DNA of 64,000 bases, from positions 2,759-66,758 of IMG/VR virus record IMGVR_UViG_3300019888_000005, one strand, 5' to 3'. Positions 9,239 through 17,830 of the stretch are shown in pieces. Within the stretch, counting starts at the first letter, position 1; each line of letters opens with the position of its first letter. A program made the position numbers and the translations under genes. This stretch comes from a virus. Under the pieces are notes generated by a model. The model saw only the letters and a program-made list of their open reading frames with translations, did not search any database and was not told the origin of the DNA.

Positions 9239-9958
9239 ATGGCTGGAACCCAAATCGTCAATCGAGACGACCTGCTCGCGTACATTGCGGCGGGTGGCAG
9301 CTACACCGACGCACTGTCGCGGGTGCTCGGTGACGAGGATAAAAAAGTAGCTGCCAAGAATAAAAAATCAACAGTTGCCAGTCGTAAGGCGGAGTTGGCC
9401 AAGGCCGTCTCCGAGTACGACGTCGAGGTCCTGATGGACCTGCAAGTGAAGATGCAGAATTACGTCGACAGCATCGTTCGGCTGTCGATGGATTCGCCTC
9501 GTTCGTTGACCCACCAGGAAGCCCTGGAGTTGATGGTCGAGCATGAGGACTATCGGAAGATCAACGAGTTCTTGGCCGCACGGCGAGAGGCCATTCGTAC
9601 GCTGGTCTTCGCCAGCATCGACGCGGAGAATGCAGCCAAGGGACTGGACCCCGACAGTCACGGCGGTCAGATTCTGGTGCCCGAGCTGGGCAAGAAGTTT
9701 GCCAAGGAGGGTGCAGGGTACAAACCCCCATCCTTGGACGTCAACGCATTGCGCCTGATGCTGGGCCCCGAGGATGCTGCCAAGGTGTTCGAGGAAGAGG
9801 TCATCCCAGCGCAGACCGTCCAGGTGCTCAGCGAGGAGAAGCTCATGCAGCTCGCCGCCGAGAAACCTGACGTCATGGAGACCATTCGCGCGGCCCTCAT
9901 CCCCGGAGCGGTGAAGACTCCGAGGTTCACCGTTCCGGATTACACACTGGGGAGCTAA
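9239..9958 (+). CDS. Hypothetical protein (helical)
   Basis: AGGAGG SD; TATACT upstream at about 9170. Confidence 0.7.
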   Translation: MAGTQIVNRDDLLAYIAAGGSYTDALSRVLGDEDKKVAAKNKKSTVASRKAELAKAVSEYDVEVLMDLQVKMQNYVDSIVRLSMDSPRSLTHQEALELMVEHEDYRKINEFLAARREAIRTLVFASIDAENAAKGLDPDSHGGQILVPELGKKFAKEGAGYKPPSLDVNALRLMLGPEDAAKVFEEEVIPAQTVQVLSEEKLMQLAAEKPDVMETIRAALIPGAVKTPRFTVPDYTLGS

Positions 9959-9962
9959 GGCA

Positions 9963-10316
9963 ATGTCCGGTACTGGGTACAGTCCGGCACTGGAGAAGAT
10001 CTTGCGAGAGGCGGGCGTCACCGAGGTGGTGTACACCACTGGTGAAATGGCCAAGGTGTTCGGCAAGTCACGCCAGTGGGTGATCGTAACGATGCGCCGT
10101 GGCATGTTGTTGAACAAGGACGAACAACCCATTCAGCCTCGTCAGGAAGACGGTCAGTACTTGTGGAGTGCCGAGGACATCAAGTGGATCGCTGTCGCGC
10201 GTTACCGTAGACGCAAGATGTCGATGGATGAACTCAAGCGCGTCATACGGAGATTGGTCACCGACACCGGGGCCATCGACCGGAAGTACTTGATCGAAGG
10301 GAGCACCGATGAATAG
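9963..10316 (+). CDS. Helix-turn-helix DNA-binding protein (MerR-like)
   Basis: YTTGEMAKVFGKSRQWV...W.AEDI. Confidence 0.7.
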   Translation: MSGTGYSPALEKILREAGVTEVVYTTGEMAKVFGKSRQWVIVTMRRGMLLNKDEQPIQPRQEDGQYLWSAEDIKWIAVARYRRRKMSMDELKRVIRRLVTDTGAIDRKYLIEGSTDE

Positions 10317-11226
10317 GTGCGTCGTTGTGGACGGCACCAACGTCATGTACAGAAGTTACTTCGCGATGGCCAACAGCAACCTCTCGGCCAACAGCTCGCC
10401 TTCCGGTGCATTGTTCGGCACCATCGTTGCTCTGCGCACCTATTTGCGCGAGTTACAGCCCACGCACATGGTGTGGTTCTTCGACAACGGCAAGAGCGCC
10501 CTACGGCTGGGAATGCGTGAGGACTACAAGGGACATCGCAAGTACAGCGCCGTTGAGGTCGCTTCGGACCCGGCGACCGATATCCCGCCACAGCTGGAAG
10601 CGTTCGAAGACTTTCTTGACACCTTGGGGATCAAGCATTACGACGAGCGCGGAGTGGAAGCCGACGATCTCATCGCTCAGGTTGCGCATCGTTGGGATGC
10701 GGAGGGTTGCGAATTGGTCATCGTGTCCGGTGACCACGACATGCTTCAGTTGGTCAATGACCACGTGCTGGTGTTTCGTCCTGGAGAACAGGGCGGGAAT
10801 GGAGGTAGTAAGGGGCTCAAGAACAGAGTGAACGGCAGGCTGTATCACCGACGCGACGTTGTGGAGAAGTATGGACTGGAACCCGAGCAACTTGCACAGA
10901 TGTGGGCACTGACCGGAGACGTTGGCGACAACATCATCGGCATTCCCGGTGTCGGACCCAAGACGGCAGCGAAGTGGATTGTCAAACATGGCAGCCTTCA
11001 GAAGACGCTCTCTGCGGAGCCGAAGTGCGAGGGCTTCGAGCGTCAGTGCTATGTCAACTGGCAGATGATCAATCTGGATGGATCGGTAGGCAATGTCGCC
11101 TTCGACATGAGTGACTGCCAGGTCGTTCCACCCGACCGTGCCGCTCGGTACCGGGCATTGGACTTTCTGAGGGAGTGGGAAATGCGTACGGTTGCCGAAG
11201 ATTTCGGCTCGGGAGAACCGTGGTGA
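10309..11226 (+). CDS. 5'-3' exonuclease / flap endonuclease (PolA N-terminal-like)
   Basis: VVDGTN, YKGHR, EADDLIA, SGDHD, LTGDVGDNIIGIPGVGPKTA. Confidence 0.92.
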   Translation: MNRCVVVDGTNVMYRSYFAMANSNLSANSSPSGALFGTIVALRTYLRELQPTHMVWFFDNGKSALRLGMREDYKGHRKYSAVEVASDPATDIPPQLEAFEDFLDTLGIKHYDERGVEADDLIAQVAHRWDAEGCELVIVSGDHDMLQLVNDHVLVFRPGEQGGNGGSKGLKNRVNGRLYHRRDVVEKYGLEPEQLAQMWALTGDVGDNIIGIPGVGPKTAAKWIVKHGSLQKTLSAEPKCEGFERQCYVNWQMINLDGSVGNVAFDMSDCQVVPPDRAARYRALDFLREWEMRTVAEDFGSGEPW

Positions 11227-11288
11227 GTCGAGTGCGAGATAGGCTTCATGGAGCCGCGACCCGTCACGCCGGACGTAGAGGAACACCA

Positions 11289-11639
11289 ATGCCTGAGCAA
11301 GTGCCATCGCATTTGGACCTGGAGATGCACGACAATCAGTTGTTTCAGAGGTTTATCGCCAATCGGGTCAGCAAGGAACGCGAGTTCGTCTTTTCCACCT
11401 CCTCCAACGACTACACAGGTTTCGTGACAGGGCTGGACAGTACGCATCTGCAATTGACGACGACGGATGGATTGCGGGCGGTGCTGTTGCAACGGCCCAA
11501 CATCGACGGAATCGAAGAGACCGGTCGCACGCTGGAGGAGTTGGACCCAGAGACTCAAGAGAAGGTCAGGGAGTTCAGTGCCTTGTTCTTTCGCATCGTG
11601 GTACGGGAGATGTCGAGAAACAAAATAAGTAGCGGTTGA
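11289..11639 (+). CDS. Hypothetical protein, possible Sm/SH3-like barrel
   Basis: GAGG SD; YTGFVTGLDSTHLQL...AVLLQRPNIDGIE pattern. Confidence 0.55.
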   Translation: MPEQVPSHLDLEMHDNQLFQRFIANRVSKEREFVFSTSSNDYTGFVTGLDSTHLQLTTTDGLRAVLLQRPNIDGIEETGRTLEELDPETQEKVREFSALFFRIVVREMSRNKISSG

Positions 11640-11668
11640 CAAATCTCTCTCCGACCAAAGGGAAGTAA

Positions 11669-12082
11669 GTGTCTGAGTTGTTGGCGACAAACGATCCCAT
11701 TGAGCAGCTGATGGGCAAATCGGTCGAGAAAATGGTGGCGGCAGAGCTGGTCACCTATATGAAAACGTATCTGAACGAGCGTTACGAGATCGACCTCCCC
11801 GTCGAGGGAATTGTCGAAAGAAAGACTCTGGAGAGCTTTCAGCGACGCTATGGACAGGCGAAGGCCGGTCGCATAGTGCAGTGGGTGATGCTGAGGCGTG
11901 GGGGGCGCAAGGACGGGGCGTACATCACTCCATCGGCGTTCTGCCTGGCTATGAAGTGGTGGACCGATCAGGTTTACTTGGAGATACAGCAAGAGCAGCA
12001 GCGCGAGGAAAATCGATTACCGGGGCAGGAGGAGATGGATCGCCGGTTCTTCGATATGCGGAGACTCAAGGACATGCTTTGA
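11669..12082 (+). CDS. Hypothetical protein upstream of the helicase loader
   Basis: 137 aa ORF, TGATG-coupled to the DnaC-like gene. Confidence 0.65.
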   Translation: MSELLATNDPIEQLMGKSVEKMVAAELVTYMKTYLNERYEIDLPVEGIVERKTLESFQRRYGQAKAGRIVQWVMLRRGGRKDGAYITPSAFCLAMKWWTDQVYLEIQQEQQREENRLPGQEEMDRRFFDMRRLKDML

Positions 12083-12870
12083 TGAGGCGAAACATCGCTA
12101 CCTGGTATCTCACCGACGACGAGGCTGCCCGTCTCTATCGCGAACACCCCCAGCTCAAGGCGTCTGCCGACAAGTTCTGTCCCACGTGCAACACGACCGG
12201 AAAATATACCTGGAAGGGCGAGGAGCACCGGTGTGACTGCGTCATGCAGCTCCAGCTCCACAAGCATTACCTGGCAGCCGGTATCGGTGTGGCGTATCAG
12301 CGATTGTCCTGGGAGGACTTCGAGGGAGACCCTGACCTCAAGGTCGACATCGAGATCTACCTCTCTCGCTATGAGCACTTCATCGGCAAGGGCGTGGGAT
12401 TGTTGTTGTGGGGTGACTACGGTACTGGCAAGACCTTCGCTGCTACGCTACTGTTGAAGGAGCTAGTAAAACTTGGATACCGTTGCTACTCAACAACATT
12501 CGCGTCGATGGTCGAGATGTTCACAGCGGGGTGGAAGTCGGTCGACGACCAGAGATTCTTCCAGCAAAAAATCATGTATTCCGATGTGCTGCTGCTGGAC
12601 GAACTGGGTCGAAGCATGAAGACCAAGACCAAGTTGGCCGAGTCAACGTTCGACGATGTGCTGCGTAGCAGAACGAATTCCGGACGTCCGACGTTCGTCA
12701 CCACCAACCAGACGACGGTGGAGTTGAGCGAGGGTTATGGTGGGGCGATCATGTCTCTGCTTTCGGAACGCTCGATCCAGTTCCAGGTCAAGGGGCGCGA
12801 TTATCGGCCTGAGGCCAATGAGCGAATGATGAGAGAGGTCATGGGCGGGGAGTCCCGTCCAATCTTCTGA
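12082..12870 (+). CDS. DnaC/IstB-like AAA+ helicase loader
   Basis: CPTC...CDC Zn motif, GDYGTGKT, LLLDELG, TFVTTN, GRDYR. Confidence 0.88.
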   Translation: MRRNIATWYLTDDEAARLYREHPQLKASADKFCPTCNTTGKYTWKGEEHRCDCVMQLQLHKHYLAAGIGVAYQRLSWEDFEGDPDLKVDIEIYLSRYEHFIGKGVGLLLWGDYGTGKTFAATLLLKELVKLGYRCYSTTFASMVEMFTAGWKSVDDQRFFQQKIMYSDVLLLDELGRSMKTKTKLAESTFDDVLRSRTNSGRPTFVTTNQTTVELSEGYGGAIMSLLSERSIQFQVKGRDYRPEANERMMREVMGGESRPIF

Positions 12871-12913
12871 CCTTCCTTTTCGACCTTGAAAGACAACGAA
12901 GGCGCGAGGGTTA

Positions 12914-14176
12914 GTGAGCTTTGATCTGGAGCTGGCGCTCCTGGGCAAGTTGGTGGACGCGGACTCTGTTCTCGCATGTTGGGACCAGGGTCTCCGCGCC
13001 GAGGTCCTGGAAGATCCGTTCCATCAGGAAATATTCTCCTTCGTCATTGAGTATTGGATGAGAGAAGGGATGGCGCTTGCTCCCACGGAACAGGTTGTGC
13101 GCTACGAGTTTTCCACCTATGAACCCCAACGCACCGAGGAGTCGTTGACGTGGCTGATCGACAAGCTCAAGACGCGCTACGTCACCAATCGGCTTCAGGA
13201 GTTGATGCGTTCGGCAGCCGGAACGTCGGTGGACGATCCGGTGTCTTCGCTGGAGACGCTCTACATCGGTTCCTGGGAGGCCAAGCAAGTCACCGCCCCA
13301 CGGCACAACCGAGTGAACGTGGCCACGACCATCGACTCTCGGCGTCGGCGGTATTCCGAACGGCAGCAACAACAATCGTTGTCCGGTGCCCCCTTGGGCC
13401 TGGCCGAGGTCGACGAGCACACCAACGGCACGTTGCCAGGAGAGCTGGCGGTGGTGGCGGGCTACGCCAAGACGGGTAAGAGTTTCACTCTGGTCAACGC
13501 TGCGGTGCAGGCGCGCAAGGCGGGCTATACACCGTGTCTGTTCACGCTGGAGCAGGCCATTCCCGAGTTCGAGGACCGCATCGACTGCCTGGCTTCGGGT
13601 GTGGGCTACGGGAAGATGCAGCGCGGAGAGCTGACGATGACCGAGGTGCGGCGGTTGCACACCACCCAGGAGGAAATGGCGGCGTTCGGCCCGTTGCATC
13701 TGGAGCGACCAGGGCGTGGAGAACGCAGCGTAGTCAACTTGGTCAATCGGGCACGTCAGATCGGATCGGATTACCTCATCATCGACCAGCTGTCGTGGCT
13801 GGAAACGGCGGGACGGTATCGGGAGCGCCGCGACGAGTATCGCGAGTTGATATACGACCTCAAGGAAGAAATATCTCGTGCCAGTTCGGGAGAGTTGCCT
13901 TGCCTCATGGCAGTGCAATACAACCGTCAGGCCGTCAGCACGCGTGGGGAACGTGGTGGGCTGCACAACATTGCCAACGCTGCCGACATCGAGCAGGCGG
14001 TGGATATCGCCTACGGGCTGTGGCGCAACCGAGAGACCAGGGCGAACAACTCCATGGTTCTTGATGTGTTGGGTTCGCGGCGAAGTGATGTCCAGAGTTG
14101 GATGCTCGGCTGGGTGTTGGATCAGGAGAGCAGGATCTTCGTGCGCGAGGTCTTCACCGAGGATGGTGTGGCATGA
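12914..14176 (+). CDS. dnaB: DnaB-like replicative helicase
   Basis: AGYAKTGKS, FTLEQ, IIDQLS, MAVQYNR, DIEQAVD. Confidence 0.88.
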   Translation: MSFDLELALLGKLVDADSVLACWDQGLRAEVLEDPFHQEIFSFVIEYWMREGMALAPTEQVVRYEFSTYEPQRTEESLTWLIDKLKTRYVTNRLQELMRSAAGTSVDDPVSSLETLYIGSWEAKQVTAPRHNRVNVATTIDSRRRRYSERQQQQSLSGAPLGLAEVDEHTNGTLPGELAVVAGYAKTGKSFTLVNAAVQARKAGYTPCLFTLEQAIPEFEDRIDCLASGVGYGKMQRGELTMTEVRRLHTTQEEMAAFGPLHLERPGRGERSVVNLVNRARQIGSDYLIIDQLSWLETAGRYRERRDEYRELIYDLKEEISRASSGELPCLMAVQYNRQAVSTRGERGGLHNIANAADIEQAVDIAYGLWRNRETRANNSMVLDVLGSRRSDVQSWMLGWVLDQESRIFVREVFTEDGVA

Positions 14177-15261
14177 AGGGTCTGAGTGCGCTGGCCAAGC
14201 GTGAGGCTACTCGCGAGCTGTACGCGGAGTACCTGCGCCGTATCGACGCGGAATCCGTGTTGGATCATTACGGCGCTGAGCACGTATCGCGGCGAGGTGA
14301 CGAGATCATTCATTCTTGCTTGATCGACCGAGTGGAGACCCACCATAATCACGGCGACAGCAATCCCAGCGCGAGCCTCAACATCGAGAAGAAGCTCTAC
14401 TCCTGCTACAGCTACGGGGGCGGTGATCTGTTCTGGCTGATCATGAAGATGGAGGGCAAAGAGGACTTCACCGATATCGTCTCGATGCTGGGACCGTTCC
14501 TCACCGGGCTGACCGAGACGGCAGGCGATTTTCTTGCGGAGCTGGACCGTTACTTCCGCTCCGAGCAGGCAGTGCCCGCTTATCCGGTGTACCACGAGCG
14601 CGTGCTGCGCAACTGGGCGCTCTATCACCCGTATCTGCGCAGTCGGGGGATCACCAAGGAGGCGGCAGCGCGACTCCAGCTCGGTTACGACGAACGCACC
14701 GCGCGGATCACGATTCCGCACTGGGTCGGCGGACGTCTGGTGGGCTGGCAGCGCAGGGCGCTCAACGATTCCCGGTGGCCCCAGACCGAGGTCGAGGTGG
14801 ATCGTGACGGCAGACAGCTGGACGGGGGCAGGATTCCCAAGTACAAGAACAGTTCTGGGTTTCCCAAGGACACCACGCTCTACAACCTGGACTGCGTCCT
14901 CGATCGGGGTTGCGTCGACGTCATAGTTGTCGAGTCACCCATGTCTGTGGTCAAGGCAGAGTCTCTGGGCTACGACAACGTGGTGGCTACGTTCGGTTCC
15001 AAGGTGGGTGAGGAACAGCTCAAGGCGCTTCGGGGCTTTCGTGCTGTGACGGTGTACTTCGATTCCGACGTCGCGGGCCGTTATGGATCGCTCAAGCTCA
15101 TCCGTGGCCTCTATCGGCATACGGCGGTGTTCCACGTGGAACCCGAGGTGGGTCGTGACCTCGCGGACTACGACACGCGCGAGCAGGCGGATCGCATACT
15201 GAACACGAGAGACCCAGCGGTGCTCGCATTGATCGGATTGGAGAGAGACTATGCCCGATAG
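14173..15261 (+). CDS. DNA primase (Zn finger + TOPRIM)
   Basis: C...H.DSNPS...CYS; PKYKNS; VIVVESPMS; YFDSDVAG. Confidence 0.85.
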   Translation: MKGLSALAKREATRELYAEYLRRIDAESVLDHYGAEHVSRRGDEIIHSCLIDRVETHHNHGDSNPSASLNIEKKLYSCYSYGGGDLFWLIMKMEGKEDFTDIVSMLGPFLTGLTETAGDFLAELDRYFRSEQAVPAYPVYHERVLRNWALYHPYLRSRGITKEAAARLQLGYDERTARITIPHWVGGRLVGWQRRALNDSRWPQTEVEVDRDGRQLDGGRIPKYKNSSGFPKDTTLYNLDCVLDRGCVDVIVVESPMSVVKAESLGYDNVVATFGSKVGEEQLKALRGFRAVTVYFDSDVAGRYGSLKLIRGLYRHTAVFHVEPEVGRDLADYDTREQADRILNTRDPAVLALIGLERDYAR

Positions 15262-15481
15262 CGCATCCATCGTTCCGGAGGGCGAGACACCCCCGGAGCC
15301 CCCGGAGCTTCAGTACTATCAGCCACCCGAGGAGTCTCCGATGGTGACCAAGATGCGGGCGGAGTCCGAGGCCCAGCTCGCCGAGTTCGAGAAACTGCTC
15401 GCAGACAACGTGGGCAAGGCCGATGCCAAGTCGGCGCTCATGGCCGACAAGGGTGTTCCCGAGGAGAAGCGCTCAATCTGA
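15251..15481 (+). CDS. Hypothetical protein
   Basis: 76 aa, overlaps both neighbours. Confidence 0.55.
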   Translation: MPDSASIVPEGETPPEPPELQYYQPPEESPMVTKMRAESEAQLAEFEKLLADNVGKADAKSALMADKGVPEEKRSI

Positions 15482-16164
15482 TGCCGGAGCTGATATTCGA
15501 CGAGGGCGTGGGGTTCCCGTCCTGTAATCGGGAGCTGGATGTGGTCCCGGTCAACACGAACGACGCCAACGGCTTCTACGAATATCTGGACCTGCCACCC
15601 TGGGCCACGTCGCGCGAGATCAGGACTCGCTGTCGGTGGCTGCTGCGCAAGTACCACCCGGACGGTCGCTCACCCAACCAGGAGAGGTTTCGGCGCGTGG
15701 TGGAGATTTATCGTGTCCTGAGTGATGCGTACCAGAAGTCGCTCTACGACCACACGCCCCCGGACAGTTTGTTCCTCGACGATTACGAGGTGATGGAGCA
15801 ACTCCGGGAAAAAGCGGACACTTTCGAGGCGCTCAAGAACCTCACCACGTCGTTGCCCAAGACGCACTGGTCCTATCACGTCTACGGGCCCGCTGTGGCC
15901 CCGAAAGACGACAGGGCGCTGGCACAGTCGTGGTACGACGCGCTCGTGCCAGCTGCGTACGTACGGGGCTACAGAGGCACCATCCAGCTCGTTCTCAGTG
16001 ACCTGCTCAGGACGTTCTTCGAGGAAGGAGGTTTGGTGTCGGTTCCTCGCGTTCCGCCTGATTGGATGGCGGTCGAGAGGTTGCTGAACGGGTGCCGTTT
16101 TCTGTCGCATCCGGCTGTTATGTTCACTTCGAGCGAGAGCTTCGCTCACACATCGCACGGCTGA
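15481..16164 (+). CDS. DnaJ (J-domain) protein
   Basis: FYEYLDL...A...EI......KYHPD......F....Y.VLSD...K..YD. Confidence 0.85.
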   Translation: MPELIFDEGVGFPSCNRELDVVPVNTNDANGFYEYLDLPPWATSREIRTRCRWLLRKYHPDGRSPNQERFRRVVEIYRVLSDAYQKSLYDHTPPDSLFLDDYEVMEQLREKADTFEALKNLTTSLPKTHWSYHVYGPAVAPKDDRALAQSWYDALVPAAYVRGYRGTIQLVLSDLLRTFFEEGGLVSVPRVPPDWMAVERLLNGCRFLSHPAVMFTSSESFAHTSHG

Positions 16165-16202
16165 CAAGGGCCACGCAATTCAATTGAGAGAGTGAGAAGT
16201 CC

Positions 16203-17213
16203 ATGGGCGTAGGAATGGGTGCTGTCGAGAAGGCAGTCGAACGCAGCAAGCTGAGGAGCGGCGGTTCGGGAGAGTTTCTCCCCGGTATTTTCTGGGCGGA
16301 CGACAAGGGCAAGGAGAACGTCAACTACCGCAAGGTGCTTCGGTTCCTGACCGATGACGTCATCACGTGCAAGATCTATGAGTTCGTCAAGGGCGGTCCC
16401 GAGAACAAGGGCCGTGATTTCTATGCTCCGCAGAGCATCGTCGAGGAGATCGACAACCCAGACGGCACGGTGACGACGAGGCCGTTGTGGGAGGAGCTGG
16501 CCAACGAGAAAGATTATTTCTTGGAGAACAACATCTGGCTTCCGGACTTCAAACAGAAATTGGTCGCGCCGGGCAAGTATGCCAAGGAGAAGACCACAGG
16601 TTTGGCGGTGCTGCGTGAGGAGATCAAGGAGAGCATCAACGGTAAGCGTCTCTCGACGGTGCATGATCTCGTGGTGGAGCGCGAGTGGAAGGACGGCGAC
16701 GACAAGGTGCAGAAGGAGTCGGGGCTGTTCTTCGGCATCGTCAAGCAGGGCCACAAGAATTTCTGGTCCACGCTGGTGGGGTATTACAACCGCTACGGCA
16801 CCATCATCGACCGTGACTACGAGATCATTCGCAACGGCAACGGGACCGATACCCAGTATGTGATCCTGCCGATGGACCCCGATCCGGCGTTCATTCCGGC
16901 TGACGACGAGAAGCACGAAGACGGCACTCCGGTCACCACTGCGGACAAGATCGCGGAGCGCTACTACGGGGAGGGCGAGGGCAAGCTCTCCATCACGCTC
17001 AAGGACTACATCGTCCCGAAGGCGCGGTACGCGGCGGCGGAAGAGTGGGTGAAGGGCAAGGGTTCGCCACCGCAGACCGAACCCACCGACCATGGGCAGA
17101 GTGTCGTGGAGCCGGATGGCAATTCCGATGCAGGAGAACGGATTCGGCAACCCGCATCCTCTGCTGGCAAGTCGCTCAAGGAGCAATTAGAAAGCTACGC
17201 CAAGACGTCCTGA
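16203..17213 (+). CDS. Single-stranded DNA-binding protein (gp32-like)
   Basis: LRFLTDD, RDYEIIRNGNGTDTQY, low-complexity tail; replication context. Confidence 0.6.
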   Translation: MGVGMGAVEKAVERSKLRSGGSGEFLPGIFWADDKGKENVNYRKVLRFLTDDVITCKIYEFVKGGPENKGRDFYAPQSIVEEIDNPDGTVTTRPLWEELANEKDYFLENNIWLPDFKQKLVAPGKYAKEKTTGLAVLREEIKESINGKRLSTVHDLVVEREWKDGDDKVQKESGLFFGIVKQGHKNFWSTLVGYYNRYGTIIDRDYEIIRNGNGTDTQYVILPMDPDPAFIPADDEKHEDGTPVTTADKIAERYYGEGEGKLSITLKDYIVPKARYAAAEEWVKGKGSPPQTEPTDHGQSVVEPDGNSDAGERIRQPASSAGKSLKEQLESYAKTS

Positions 17214-17230
17214 GCGTCTTAAGCTGGACG

Positions 17231-17285
17231 AGCAGGCGAGGCATTGGGTCCCGTTGAACCCCTGGGGACGCCTCGCCTGCTTTCT
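17231..17285 (+). terminator. Long hairpin/terminator after the SSB gene
   Basis: AGCAGGCGAGGC / GCCTCGCCTGCT 12-bp stem followed by TTCT. Confidence 0.65.
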
Positions 17286-17335
17286 CCGACCGACTACTCG
17301 TAGGCAGCTGTGACCAGCGGGACTAAGGGTTTTTG

Positions 17336-17830
17336 ATGGAAGAACTTTGGGCAGAGGTGCCTGATCAGCCTGGACGTTATTGGGCTTCAAGTCTTGGGCA
17401 AGTCAGGTCTCGGCGAGGAATTTTGAAGGTCATACCGCGAGGTAAAGCCGGTCGCCCTGCGGTGAACATCGGAGGTCGTAAGAGGTACGTCCATATCCTG
17501 GTCCTCGAAGCCTTTGTCGGACTTAGGCCGGAGGGATTGCAAGGTCTTCATCATGACGACGATCCGCAGAATAATAATATTGAAAATCTGCGGTGGGGGA
17601 CTCCATCGGAGAATGGTCTCGATGCTTCGAGAAACGGAAGACTGCCACACGCACTGAGGACGCATTGCCCGCAGAGACATCGTCTCGAATCTCCCAACCT
17701 CATGCCGTCTCACCCTGGTAGGTCTTGTTTGTCTTGTAATCGTGCTCGCGGCTATGTCACTAAGCATCCGGGAGTGGACTGGAGAACTGAGTCTCATCGT
17801 TATTATCGTCAGTTAGGGATGGCAGCATGA
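17336..17830 (+). CDS. NUMOD4-HNH homing endonuclease
   Basis: W.EVP....YWASSLGQVRS, VHILVLEAF, HHDDDPQNNNIENLRWGT, THCPQRH...CLSC; ATGA-coupled to dnaE. Confidence 0.88.
   Translation: MEELWAEVPDQPGRYWASSLGQVRSRRGILKVIPRGKAGRPAVNIGGRKRYVHILVLEAFVGLRPEGLQGLHHDDDPQNNNIENLRWGTPSENGLDASRNGRLPHALRTHCPQRHRLESPNLMPSHPGRSCLSCNRARGYVTKHPGVDWRTESHRYYRQLGMAA

Noticed and set aside
11636-11641. TTGACA as a SigA -35 box
   Set aside because: No -10 box at a suitable spacing
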